Shown here piece by piece: positions 52,901 through 62,260 of a DNA stretch of 64,000 nt. The notes under the pieces were generated by a model that was not told where the DNA came from, made no database searches, and was given only the letters and a program-made list of their open reading frames with translations. The position numbers and the translations under genes were made by a program. How positions within the stretch are numbered: position 1 is the stretch's first letter; each line of letters opens with the position of its first letter. The stretch is from Squalus acanthias (Eukaryota), in assembly GCA_030390025.1 (NCBI GenBank), contig CM059435.1, positions 23,746,001 through 23,810,000 of the forward strand, in the 5' to 3' direction.

Positions 52901-55900
52901 CAAGCTTTTTTTTAATTTGCAAAATGAAACTATTTTTAGTTGAGCATGCAATGTAAATGAATTACAAAAGGGGGAGGTAAGCACCTCATCAAGAACTGGT
53001 AACTTTATGCTCCAGATGTCCACGAAACATGAATGAGGGCCGACACATTAAGGATGCTCAACCTAAATCAGCTTTTTAAAAGCAAAGCCCAAAATTTCTA
53101 TTCACGTGGGACAAATTTGTCTATAGGGCAGGCAACGATCAGTAACATTTATCAGAATTAAATAAATTTAGCCTCAGCCACCAACATTTCTCCTCTTCTC
53201 TTTTCTTTATTTTTCCCTCAACCATCCATTACTGTTTGGCACGATCTTAATTTATTTTGCTCGCTCACTTTCTTTCTTACTTAGTTCTTTGTTTGCTCCA
53301 ATCTTCCAGTTTATCAGTTCTGAGGGTTGCAAAATGGAACACCTAATGGTAGTAAAGTGCCCCTTCCTAGGTGGATGGTAAACAGTTATGCGGACTTATC
53401 CTCCAGAGTGCCAATATGAAACAGTACGATGCACCCATTTAGAAATCTACAGCTGAATGGGGATACAGCATGAGCTGCGGAGGTAAAGATCTCTGATTTC
53501 AAAACAGGTCAAACTGCACCAGGAAAACGCCAACTATCTGCTTTAAAAAACACACATGTACAATTTAAAAAGCTGGGTTGAAAACTCAGATCTGACAATC
53601 ATTTAAGTGCTGTTTCCAGTCCCTGGTCAACTGACAAGTCGTTACAATGAAGGGCAGAGAACTAGTAATGCCTTCATCGCCCTGTGGTCAACTCTGCAAT
53701 TGACCAATCCTGAATAATTTTTTGTTCTTGGCCACTCCAGTTTTCCATGCAAAAAAAAGAGACCATCACCACAAGCATTCCTCCTACAAATTAAGTATTT
53801 GAGATAAGGGTGAGTTTTATCATTAATTTGTTTCAATATTTTTCTTTACACTATGAGCATTCACACATGGATGCAGAAAGACAGCAGAATGATCTGAGTG
53901 CTAAGGTTGACAATAGGAAGGAGCTTAATTAAAACAGCCAGCATAAAGGGAAAGACAAGATCACATTAACTTTCTGTATCCTTCTACAGACCTTAACTCA
54001 GTGCACACGGTTGGCTTTCCACCCTATTTTAACAGCAAGCAGGAGACTAATTAAACCATGTATGTCACAAGGGCTTTCTCCAGACTTCACATTGTGGAGA
54101 AGGATTACAAGTCTACTGTGCAATGAATAAAGAGAGCTTTCACCCTCCTGCTGATAAAAACTACTTCTAAATGTACTCTGCACTACAAAATAGGTATCAA
54201 CTTCTCCATACCAGTTCCTGTACATAGACAAAATTTAAATTAAAAAAAGCTAAAGTTTTGTTGGTTCTTAAAAGGGTAGTGGTAGCTTCACTGATGGTGC
54301 AGTTGGTTAAGTGACAGTACAGCCATACAGGCCCGAAGATTCCATGTTCAATTCCTGGTTGTGTTGAGTTAGCTAATCTTAATTGGGGCAGGAGTACAGG
54401 TGCTATCATTGGACTCAGCACCTTCATTCTAGGGAGGGGGAAATAAACCCAGGGTCCTGCTTGCTAGCCAACAACATGTATGTATGTGTAGCCATGCATG
54501 CACAGGCCTATAGGTTCAGGCTCAGCTGTGATGCCCCAGGGTGGAAGAAACGCCTACCAATACACAGTCTGCAATAAGCTCAAGGTATGGTTCCTTTATG
54601 GAAGCAGTATGGTAAAAAAAAAGTTTTAAAGAAGTTATCAAACTGCAGGCTGCACACAATCAATGTATTAGAAGAGCAAAAATAGTTACACATACAAATG
54701 AACATAATATTCTTCCCGAATCCTTTCTACGACCAGTTTACTTTCTGTTACTTTAAACTTGACAGGTTTGTTTGGCTTGTCACAGAGCACTTCACATTTC
54801 TTTTCAATGTTCATATGCATGTCGTATGGTGTATTCACAATCCGATCACCTCTCAGCACCTCACCTGTATAATAAAAGAACAAATTTAAGAAGTTATTTC
54901 TCTTTTGCATTCCACTTATCTACATCATTATTTCTGGATGTGTAAGATTATTGATGAGACAGTTACAGGGACCAAATAAAACAGCAGTACCAGACCCTTC
55001 CAGCATTGCTATGTTAATACAAATTCAGTTCCAGTCTCATGTTTGAAGCATGATGTGCTAACTGGTATTTAAATTCTCTGCACTTCAACATAGGGCATTT
55101 AAGAGCTGAAACCTATCAGATGCAAAATCAATGACATTTTTGTGCTGACGAAGCAGTCACTTATCAGTTCACTAACAATCTAACTCACGAACAACAGCAA
55201 GTTTTTTCTTAGATTTGAATTGACATTGCAAGCAGCAACCAATGAGTCAGTGTTGTCTTTGGTATCCATTACTAAAATCATTAAAACACTGATCATTTTT
55301 CTCCCAGCTCAAGAACTATGTTCAATAGTATTCCCGAGAGACTATATACTGCATGCATCTATTCATGGCAATCTGCAATTTCACATTTAATTGTCCATCT
55401 GAAATTTAACTGAAATTATAAAATGCATTACAGGATTAGGACAAGACATTCAAATCTCTTCAATAAATTTGCATTTCATATATTGGCCATTCCCTTAACC
55501 TCTGAACTCGGACCACCGATGGAAGTACGGCACAAGTCAATTAGCATACAAATTATGTCTTTGTTTATACCACAAAACATTTTACAGATTATAATAAACT
55601 CACCAAGATTTTCTGCCTTGTATTCAATTTTATCTGGCCGACAAAAAGGGAGGGAATAATATTCATATGGGAGCTGTGTCCGTGAGCTAGTCAATTTCAC
55701 AGCCTGAAACATGAAGATTAAAGGCTCAAGATTTTTTAATTGGCATTTTATGCAAGTTTACTTATTTTGGTGAAACTAATCACATCCACTTGGGTTCCTG
55801 CTTAATAAGACAGCACAAGAACATATATATCAGATGAAGAAAAACTTATATCATGTCGGTCTATACACTTTTGGTCCAGTTAACAAATTGCATTGATGAG

Positions 55901-57963
55901 AAACTGTTATTAATTAATATTTATTAATCTCAATGTCTCGTCAGCTTTTGGACTCGACCATTGCAATCAAAATTGACATTCCTTGACGAGACATCCTCCA
56001 GTCCTTTGGTCTGAACATTGACTTTAGCAACGTCAGTTCTTGTCTATTTCCCCATTTTTTTGCCCACTTTTGCCATCCACCTCCCAGTTCATTGACCTCT
56101 GTCTTGGAGGGCATTTTTTTTGTGCGCACCTTTCCTTTGTCTTTTCACTGCCTTGTTTAGATATTTTCACACCCTTTTGTTCTTTGCAAGCCTTTTCATT
56201 CCTCATTGAGATGATCATTATACATCGATCACCGGTTTTCACCTATTTACAGCTTTTGAAAAATCCTATTCACAGAGCAATAAACTTATTAACTGCCTCT
56301 ACGATAGGAGTCAGCGCTCATGACTTCACCCGTTGTTTTCACTCTCTCCCGGCACTTTTGCTTTGTTCAGTCAGAGGCTAATCTTCCTGTTTCCCGTTCT
56401 GAAGAAGTGTCTACCCCCTTCTATTGCAAGGGGGTTGGAGTACAAGAGTAAGGAAGTCTTGCTACAATTGTAGAGGGCTTTGGCGAGACCACACCTGGAG
56501 TATTCTGCACAGTTTTGGTCTCCTTATCTAAGGAAGGATATACTTGCCTTGGAGGCGGTGCAACAAAGGTTCACTAGATTGATTCCTGGGATGAGAGGGT
56601 TGTCCTATGATGAGAGATTGGGCCTATACACTCTCAAGTTTAGAAGAATGAGGGGTGATCGCAGTGAAACATACAAGATTTTGAGGGGGCTTGACAGGGT
56701 AGATGCTGAGAGGTTGTTTCCCCTGGCTGGAGAGTTTAGAACTAGTGGACAAAGTCTCAGGATAAGGGGTCAGTCATTTAAGACTGAGATGAGGAAGAAT
56801 TTCTTCACTCAGAGGGTTGTGAATCTTTGGAATTCTCTACCCCAGAGGGTTGTGGATGCTCAGTTGTTGAGTATATTCAAGGCTGAGATCGATAGATTTT
56901 TGGACTCTAGGGGAAATCAAGGGATACGAGGATCCGACGGGAATGTGAAGTTGAGGTCGATGATCAGCCATGATCTTATTGAATGGCGGAGCAGGCGCGA
57001 GGGGCCATATGGCCTACTCCTGCTCCTATTTCTTATGTTCTTTTGTTCTAATGAACTATATAATTATCATCCTAGCATGCACATATCTCAAGCAGCCTGT
57101 GTGACTACTTCAAAAACCAAAATCCTGGTAAAGAGTCTTGATAGTGGGGAGAAATGGTTTGTGATTCAGAAACAAATCATATGTCCTCATTCCTGCTTTC
57201 TATACTAGGTGCAGGCTTTGGAGCTGCCAGGTAGGGAAAAATCTAGTCATTATCCCCAACTGCTCCATAGCCAACTTCTATCTACAACGACTTACACTTA
57301 GTATATCTTGCTTGACATATGCAGACCAACAGAAGAAACCGGATGTTGAAAACATTCTACACATCGACTTTTCTTTTGTTAAAAAGTGCCACAGTCTAGC
57401 TGTTTCAGCCAGTGGCAGCACCACAACTAGAATAGATAATAAAAAAACTTTTGTACAGGATTGCATGTCAACAGTAGGAGGGTGAGGTTAGTCAGGAGCC
57501 TCTGACATTTTCTGCAAGTTTTCCTACGTGTGTAGGCTTCAAGACTATCCTGCATGGGCCAATTAGTGACCAGGACGCCTATCGGACAACTCAGGCATCT
57601 AGTGGAATTCAGAATATTTTGTGCTCCAACAGATATTGCGCCTAGCAGAATTAAATTTAAATCTGAAATTTGTTTAACATAATAAGTGATTTATTATAGG
57701 GAGGAAAGTCTTACGGTTTTTCCACTTAGATGGGCAAATAGTGAGACAGCAGTTTCCCACCTACTATGGGCAATTAGGGATGAGCAATAAATGTCAGCCT
57801 TACCAACGACGCCCACATCTCATGACTAAAAAATAGCACACTCGCTTACCTTAATTTCCACAGGATAATTCTGATGAAAGTCAATTGGTGCCACACCTGG
57901 TACATAAAAAGAATATGACGTCTGCAGGACTAAGAGAAGCACCAATGGCCAGATTAATATTGC
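28665..57963 (-). CDS. TM9SF4: Transmembrane 9 superfamily member 4, gene span of coding exons 2-18
   Basis: 17 exons joined by GT-AG introns give an uninterrupted 1914-nt frame: signal-peptide-like [26 protein letters not shown] through to [10 protein letters not shown]-stop. Confidence 0.97.
29004..29093 (-). CDS. TM9SF4: TM9SF4 exon 17 (90 nt), [30 protein letters not shown]
   Basis: atttcag acceptor and gtatga donor. Confidence 0.96.
29440..29870 (+). mobile_element. Old tRNA-derived SINE (same family as 435-785)
   Basis: tacagaccaagaaggtcccatgtttgatccc...gggctcagctatgatg...ctaggctcacatgaagaatggtcacttagg. Confidence 0.75.
30215..30480 (+). mobile_element. Partial copy of the same tRNA-derived SINE
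   Basis: gagccaaacagacc...gagttagctgatctcag...ggttaggaaggggaaaatt. Confidence 0.6.
30739..30858 (-). CDS. TM9SF4: TM9SF4 exon 16 (120 nt), [18 protein letters not shown]...YFQLCAE
   Basis: tttgcag acceptor and gtatga donor. Confidence 0.96.
31433..31496 (-). CDS. TM9SF4: TM9SF4 exon 15 (64 nt), [21 protein letters not shown]
   Basis: ttttgcag acceptor and gtaagt donor. Confidence 0.96.
32400..34360 (+). mobile_element. CR1 LINE (about 32400-32920 and 34035-34360) split by an opposite-strand CR1
   Basis: The host reads tagggtacat | atacagagaaactattt across the insertion; both parts carry CR1 ORF2 motifs. Confidence 0.85.
32921..34030 (-). mobile_element. CR1 LINE with (TTCTATGA)n tail, nested in the + strand CR1
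   Basis: [32 protein letters not shown] and LRGDLIE motifs; tail reads agaatcatagaa on +. Confidence 0.9.
34560..34727 (+). mobile_element. CR1 3' tail (same family as 32921 and 48410)
   Basis: aagagctggaaagtgggattaggctggatagctc...tatgattctatga. Confidence 0.85.
34885..35060 (-). CDS. TM9SF4: TM9SF4 exon 14 (176 nt), [17 protein letters not shown]...[23 protein letters not shown]
   Basis: ttttaaag acceptor and gtaagt donor; RTNQIPRQ motif. Confidence 0.96.
35660..36040 (+). mobile_element. DeuSINE (SacSINE1-like) tRNA-derived SINE
   Basis: tRNA-like head tggctcag...gagtcagaagg; Deu-domain-like cagtgcagtac...gtgctgcactgtc...gagatgttaaac...caggtggatg...gtcctggccaacatt; tail cttcaaaagtacttaat-ggctgt. 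Named from recalled consensus. Confidence 0.75.
36995..37078 (-). CDS. TM9SF4: TM9SF4 exon 13 (84 nt), [28 protein letters not shown]
   Basis: ttacag acceptor and gtaagt donor. Confidence 0.96.
37948..37985. repeat. (GT)n microsatellite followed by a GC/GT-alternating tract
   Basis: Directly visible. Confidence 0.95.
38702..38777 (-). CDS. TM9SF4: TM9SF4 exon 12 (76 nt), [25 protein letters not shown]
   Basis: ttttcag acceptor and gtaagt donor. Confidence 0.96.
39775..41005 (-). mobile_element. CR1 LINE 3' part
   Basis: [34 protein letters not shown] and [10 protein letters not shown] motifs. Confidence 0.9.
41687..41768 (-). CDS. TM9SF4: TM9SF4 exon 11 (82 nt), [27 protein letters not shown]
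   Basis: ttttcag acceptor and gtatgt donor; separated from exon 10 by a 92-nt intron. Confidence 0.96.
41861..41993 (-). CDS. TM9SF4: TM9SF4 exon 10 (133 nt), [20 protein letters not shown]...MILIVI
   Basis: ttgtag acceptor and gtgagt donor; [13 protein letters not shown] motif. Confidence 0.97.
42755..42900. mobile_element. Palindromic (head-to-head) remnant of a Penelope-like element terminus
   Basis: aaacagagttaacgttt...aaacgttaactctgttt inverted pair; the right arm is the reverse complement of 44630-44706. Confidence 0.75.
44127..44197 (-). CDS. TM9SF4: TM9SF4 exon 9 (71 nt), [24 protein letters not shown]
   Basis: ttctcag acceptor and gtatgt donor. Confidence 0.96.
44630..44985 (-). 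mobile_element. Penelope-like element terminal repeat region
   Basis: Nearly identical to the non-coding part of the GIY-YIG-bearing element at 23548-23735; contains a hammerhead motif. Confidence 0.8.
44695..44731 (-). ncRNA. Minimal type I hammerhead ribozyme motif
   Basis: Minus strand reads AGUU CUGACGA A AGGU CAUCA ACCU GAAAC GUU AACU: stem I AGUU/AACU, CUGANGA core, stem II AGGU/ACCU, GAAA, palindromic AC/GU stem III, GUU cleavage triplet. Confidence 0.7.
46385..46740 (-). mobile_element. CR1 3' fragment
   Basis: Reverse-complement match to 8100-8450. Confidence 0.85.
46775..46886 (-). CDS. TM9SF4: TM9SF4 exon 8 (112 nt), [37 protein letters not shown]
   Basis: tttctag acceptor and gtgagt donor; WASRWD and IHWFSI family motifs. 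Confidence 0.96.
46932..47295. mobile_element. Tc1/mariner-superfamily (pogo/Tigger-like) MITE, 364 bp
   Basis: Perfect 26-bp TIRs CAGGAAACTCTTTATTAACCGGCACC (46932-46957 and 47270-47295); TA TSD at 46930-46931 and 47296-47297. Confidence 0.93.
47710..47828 (-). CDS. TM9SF4: TM9SF4 exon 7 (119 nt), [10 protein letters not shown]...FTYSVRWE
   Basis: atcccag acceptor and gtaagc donor. Confidence 0.95.
48285..48842 (-). mobile_element. DeuSINE-like SINE split by a + strand CR1 tail (about 48410-48694)
   Basis: Host reads ggccaggaca...gagaac | aactccctgctcttc across the insertion; gaac is repeated at both junctions. Confidence 0.8.
48930..49500 (-). mobile_element. CR1 ORF1 remnant (Cys motif, coiled coil, start of SGNH/GDSL esterase-like domain)
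   Basis: From ATG at 49496: [16 protein letters not shown]...HIGTKCLK, then after a frameshift [10 protein letters not shown], later [10 protein letters not shown] and FCLPG. These resemble vertebrate CR1 ORF1 motifs as recalled. Confidence 0.65.
50404..50527 (-). CDS. TM9SF4: TM9SF4 exon 6 (124 nt), [14 protein letters not shown]...[15 protein letters not shown]
   Basis: ttttcag acceptor and gtaatg donor. Confidence 0.95.
50650..50676. repeat. (AC)n microsatellite
   Basis: Directly visible. Confidence 0.9.
51586..51715 (-). CDS. TM9SF4: TM9SF4 exon 5 (130 nt), [17 protein letters not shown]...[12 protein letters not shown]
   Basis: Translated by hand; ttacag acceptor and gtaaaa donor. Confidence 0.95.
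51780..52090 (-). mobile_element. Degraded CR1 3' fragment
   Basis: [32 protein letters not shown]. Confidence 0.75.
52695..52915 (+). mobile_element. DeuSINE-like SINE, 3' half
   Basis: cctggcaaatatttatccctca...cttgctgtgcgcaaattggctgc...gaaaggcg-gataaaaatgcaag; matches 35875-36035. Confidence 0.8.
54285..54580 (+). mobile_element. Old tRNA-derived SINE (same family as 435-785)
   Basis: A-box-like tggtgcagttgg, B-box-like gttcaattcc, ggctcagctgtgatgcccc. Confidence 0.7.
54696..54864 (-). CDS. TM9SF4: TM9SF4 exon 4 (169 nt), [13 protein letters not shown]...EEYYVHL
   Basis: tatacag acceptor and gtatgt donor; phase matches neighbouring exons. Confidence 0.96.
55604..55703 (-). CDS. TM9SF4: TM9SF4 exon 3 (100 nt), [21 protein letters not shown]...AENLG
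   Basis: tttcag acceptor and gtgagt donor; lies within ORF 55476..55712. Confidence 0.96.
55950..56415 (+). mobile_element. Penelope-like element 3' remnant, truncated by a CR1
   Basis: [12 protein letters not shown]-like C-terminus, pyrimidine-rich UTR, and a half hammerhead gttCTGAAGA immediately before the CR1. Confidence 0.55.
56420..57040 (+). mobile_element. CR1 LINE 3' part, relatively intact
   Basis: ORF 56480..57208: [18 protein letters not shown]...[14 protein letters not shown]. Confidence 0.92.
57850..57963 (-). CDS. TM9SF4: TM9SF4 exon 2 (114 nt), [38 protein letters not shown]
   Basis: ttttcag acceptor and gtaagc donor; FYVPGVAP motif of the TM9/EMP70 family. Confidence 0.95.
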
Positions 57964-58774
57964 CTGAAAAATATGGGATGAAAACTGGTTAGGGTCTATA
58001 TGCATATGGGTCTGACAAGATCAGAAGTGCTAAGATTACCAGAAATTTTGAACAAACAAAATAAAAATTTGTTCAAGAATATCAACATTTGCATGGTTAT
58101 TCACTATTACCTGAAGCAAATTTTGAATTTTAATAAACATGCAATGCTGCACAAGGAGAATGCTGCGATGGCCTAGAAGTCTCCTCAGTGAGCTATGTGA
58201 CCAGTAGAGTTCCCTCTAGCTGAAGTACTCCATTCTCTATGTGCAGCCACTTCCATCCCCGCTGCTGCAGGTGGAAATGCAAAAACACCAGGCTGGAATA
58301 AACCTTCTGCATGGCACACTTGAAATGCATCAACAAGGCCATCTGCAGTTAGTGTTGTTGCATCAAGCAGGAAACTCCATTCTCAACTTGCAGCAGAGGT
58401 GGCGCAGAGGGTTCCATAGTATGTAATTAAGCAGTTCATCAAAACACAAATGTTGGACACCCCTGTGGTACAAGATCTGCCAAGTTGCAATGGTGCAGTA
58501 CCAGTTCCAGATTACTTCAGCAAGAGGGCGCTCTACTACTCACTGAGGAGCTCTCGTGGCACAAACTCAGTACTGCAATATTGTACCAAGCAGTTCCCAT
58601 TCAAAATTCTGCAAGCCACTTTCAGAAGGTCTGCTCTGCTAGACACACGCTGGTAATTAGGATCATTAATGCAATCTGGTTCTCTTGACTATCCTAAATT
58701 ATGTCATCTTTCTCATTTGTCACTAAATTGTCATTTTTATTATAATGTAAACCTCATTTAAAAAAAATCAAAGA

Positions 58775-59175
58775 AACTGGAGAACTGGTGGTGCAGTGGG
58801 TTTTCGACTATCCTTTCACCTCTGGAACTCAGGTTTGAAAATCCAACTGAAACTAATGGGATGAAGTTTTTTTTTGTCTGTTGCCTGTAGGGTCCAACAT
58901 AAAATGAGTCTCAACAGTGTCAACCCAGTTCCCAGTGAGCTCCAGTCCACGGTACAAAACTGCTCCTAACAGACACTAAATTGATAGTTATGGAAAATTA
59001 AAACTGTAGGGGTGCTCTGAGATTGGAGCTAAGGTACATTATTGGGACGAAAGAGGGACTTTTACTATCTAACTATACCATACCTGATCTGAAAGTATTG
59101 GTACTAAGTGACTGAAAGAATGTCCATTACCCTGTTCCAACATCACTCACCTGGATACAGAAATTCATACGAAAA
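58775..59175 (+). mobile_element. LF-SINE-like element
   Basis: cctttcacctct-g, aaatgagt, cccagttcccagtg, gtccac...caaaac, cactaaattg, aggtacatt and tacctg blocks occur in the order of the recalled LF-SINE consensus. Confidence 0.6.
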
Positions 59176-61189
59176 AATTAACTGAATTCTCAGTAAAATA
59201 AACTGCAAAAACTACAGTTGCGCATTAGATACAAAGCAAAGCACTCCTACCTTAAAAAGCAAGTTAGGTGAACAAAACACAACTCATTGATCAAAAAAAA
59301 AGCTCCGGATTAAATTCGGAGAATATCTATTTTATGAAAAGTGAGTGATACGGTTGATTTACTCAAAGGGGTTTTGGAGATCAATGACAAACTCAGATGT
59401 AAATGAACTGAGATTAACTTAAAAGCTCATTACCTTTCCCATTTGTCACTAAGTTTGGAAGTAAGTATACCCCACTGTTAATTCAAAGTTGCCTAATTCA
59501 AATTTTTGAGTAAAAGACTACTTTGAATTAACAGTATACTTACTTCCAACTTTTTACAGCACATGCTAATTCCAATTGAATAAAAACAGTGCTTAGTGAT
59601 AGGTAAAATTGTGCTGAAATGTAACTGTTTGAACTATACAAGACTGTTTTAATGATTTACCACAAAGTTTGAGAACCAATTTATCCCTTTACATTTTCAT
59701 CCTCGGAGTCACTTATTGAGTCAACTGCAATTAGTTCCACTTCATTTAGTGTATAAACAATAATAGACCTGGGATTCTCTTTCCCCCCGCTTCCCACAAA
59801 ATGGCAACAACCATTGAGATCTCAACAAGTGGACTTAAATCAAGATTACATCGTAGCACAAACCGTTGCCAAACACTAGAATATAGCTTTGATCTCAATT
59901 TACACATTTAAAAGTTTGGTATAACTACTTAACTTATTTTAAAATTGAGCTGAGCACCAGGATCAGCATCCAAGAACAGTGATTACTGCTCAATAGGATG
60001 AGCCAGCCAAAGGAAAACTGCTGCATACCTCACCTGAACAGCAGTTTGCTAGCCAGATCATGAGTACAGATCTCTACGGGCTATTTTTCAGTCCAAAAAG
60101 TTGAAGTTTTAAAAAAATTACAAGAAAAACAAGTGTCTATGGGCCTTTGTACTTCAGATTCAAACTGCATCTTCTGCTCCCACTAAATATTCTTCTTCTC
60201 CAAACGGTATCAGTAGTCACTTTACAAAAAAACTACAATTAATCAACAATTTTTGTCTAAACAATAGCTTCTGCAGTATGGCACGTCAAGCTTATCTATC
60301 AAAATCCAAGCCAATATGCATTCTTGAAAGGCAGCTTGTGGATTTTTGTGAGGACACAATAATGGAGCAGAGTTAAATGAGTAATATGATTTATTTATTG
60401 CTTAACTTTCAAAAAAAAATCCCCAACCAGATCACTCAGCTCACAGCTAAAGTGCAACCTCATAGGATCAAAAATGAAAACAGATGTGGAATATCTTAAT
60501 TGATTAGATAATAGAACAGTTAGTCGTAATGATATTTTAAAATAGACAGCTGCGATCAATCTTTCAGATCACCCTGATAAAGATACTGCAAGTAGAGTAT
60601 GCAACTTTGTAGATGATGTCTAGTTATGTGGGAAAGGAAGATGCTACTATTCAAAAGAGAACTATGTTTAATAACCGGGCAAGTGGCAGTCAACAATGAG
60701 AAACATAACACAATCTATTCTAAAGACAGCAAATACAATTGCAACGGGAATTCTTTTCTTAAACTGCAGCAAGAAAGATATTTAGCTGTGCAACTTGACC
60801 ACATGATGAAACGCTCTCATTATCCAGCAGCAATTTCAATTTCAAAGATAAACATTTTCTTTGGGTGTACAAGTGGAATCATAGAGCGAGCACTGGTGCG
60901 ACCATACCTGGAGTACTGTACACAGCTTTCATCATAATTGTAAAAAGCTAGGTATTGAAAAGGACACAAAGGCACAAAATTCATACGCTCGGTAATAAGC
61001 CAATGAACTACAAAGAGCTACTAAGATAGATGTATTGAATTTATTGCAATAGAAGAGAGGTGGACATGCTTCTAAAATCGCAAAAGGCAATCAATAGATA
61101 ATGGTAGAGAAGACATGATTATAAGCTAAATAAACCTTGGCCAAGGATCAACTACTTCACACTTGGCTTGTTACTTTTTAGACAGACCA

Positions 61190-61870
61190 GATGATACTAA
61201 ATTGGGGGGTGGGGGCGTATAGTTAATAATGTGGAGGACTACCCCAAAATACATGAAGACATAAGCAGGCTTGCAGAGTGGGCAGATAAATGGCAAAGTA
61301 AATTCAATACAGCAAAGTGTAAATTGGTTAATTTTGATAGGAGGAATAAGGAGGTCACTTATTCCCTGGAAGCCAAGAACTAAATGGGATAGAGGAGCAA
61401 AGAGATATGGGAATACAGGTAGCACTGCAAGTTAGTTAAGTCCATAAAGGGTGCAAACAAAGTACTGGAGTTTGTTTCTAGAGGAACAGAATAGAAACGC
61501 AAGGATGTAATGTTAAATTTATATAGAACGGTGGTTAGACCACACTCGGGAGTACTGTTTGCAGTTCTGGTCTCCATACTACAAAAAGGATATTGAAGCA
61601 CTGGAGAATATGCAGAACAGATTTACAAGGATGTTACCAGAATTGAGAGGAAAGACTGAGCAAGTTGGGGCGCCTTTCTCTGGAAAAGAGAAGACGACGA
61701 GGCGACCTGATGGAGATCTTTAAAATTATGAAGGGGTTTGATCAGGTGGATGTAGAGATACTGTTTCCACTTGTGGGTGAGCCCAGAACAAGGGGGCAGA
61801 AATACAAAATAGCAACTTACAGATCAAATAAATAACACAGAAGGTGGTGAGAATGTGGAACTCGCCACCA
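61190..61870 (+). mobile_element. CR1 LINE fragment
   Basis: DDTKLGG, WADKWQ-KFN, LYRTVVRPH and RRGDLME motifs. Confidence 0.85.
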
Positions 61871-62260
61871 CATTGCCTTTGTTACCTCTAGACTTGACTA
61901 TTCCAACGCATTCCTGGCTGGCCTCCCACGTTCTACCCTATGCAAACTTGCCATCCAAAACTCGGCTGCCCATGCCTTAACTCACACCAAGTACCGTTCA
62001 CCCATCACCCCTGGCTCGTTGACCTACACTGGCTCTCGGTTAAGCAACTACTCGGATTTAAAAATTCTCATCCATGTTTTCAAATCCCTCCACGGCCTCG
62101 CGCTTCGCTATCTCTGTAATCACCTCCAACCCCACAACCCTCCAAGATATCTGCGCTCCTCCAATTCTGGCCTCTTGAGCATCCCCGTTTTTTTGAGCTG
62201 CCAAGGCCCTAAGCTCTGGAATTCCCTCCCTAAACCTCTCCATCTCCCTACCTCTCATTC
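61871..62260 (+). mobile_element. L2-clade LINE 3' fragment
   Basis: AFVTSRLDYSNAFLAGLP, KILIHVFKSLHGLA and LWNSLP motifs. Confidence 0.85.

Noticed and set aside
56480-57208. 242-aa ORF as a possible host gene
   Set aside because: CR1 ORF2 C-terminus reading through into the tail and flank.
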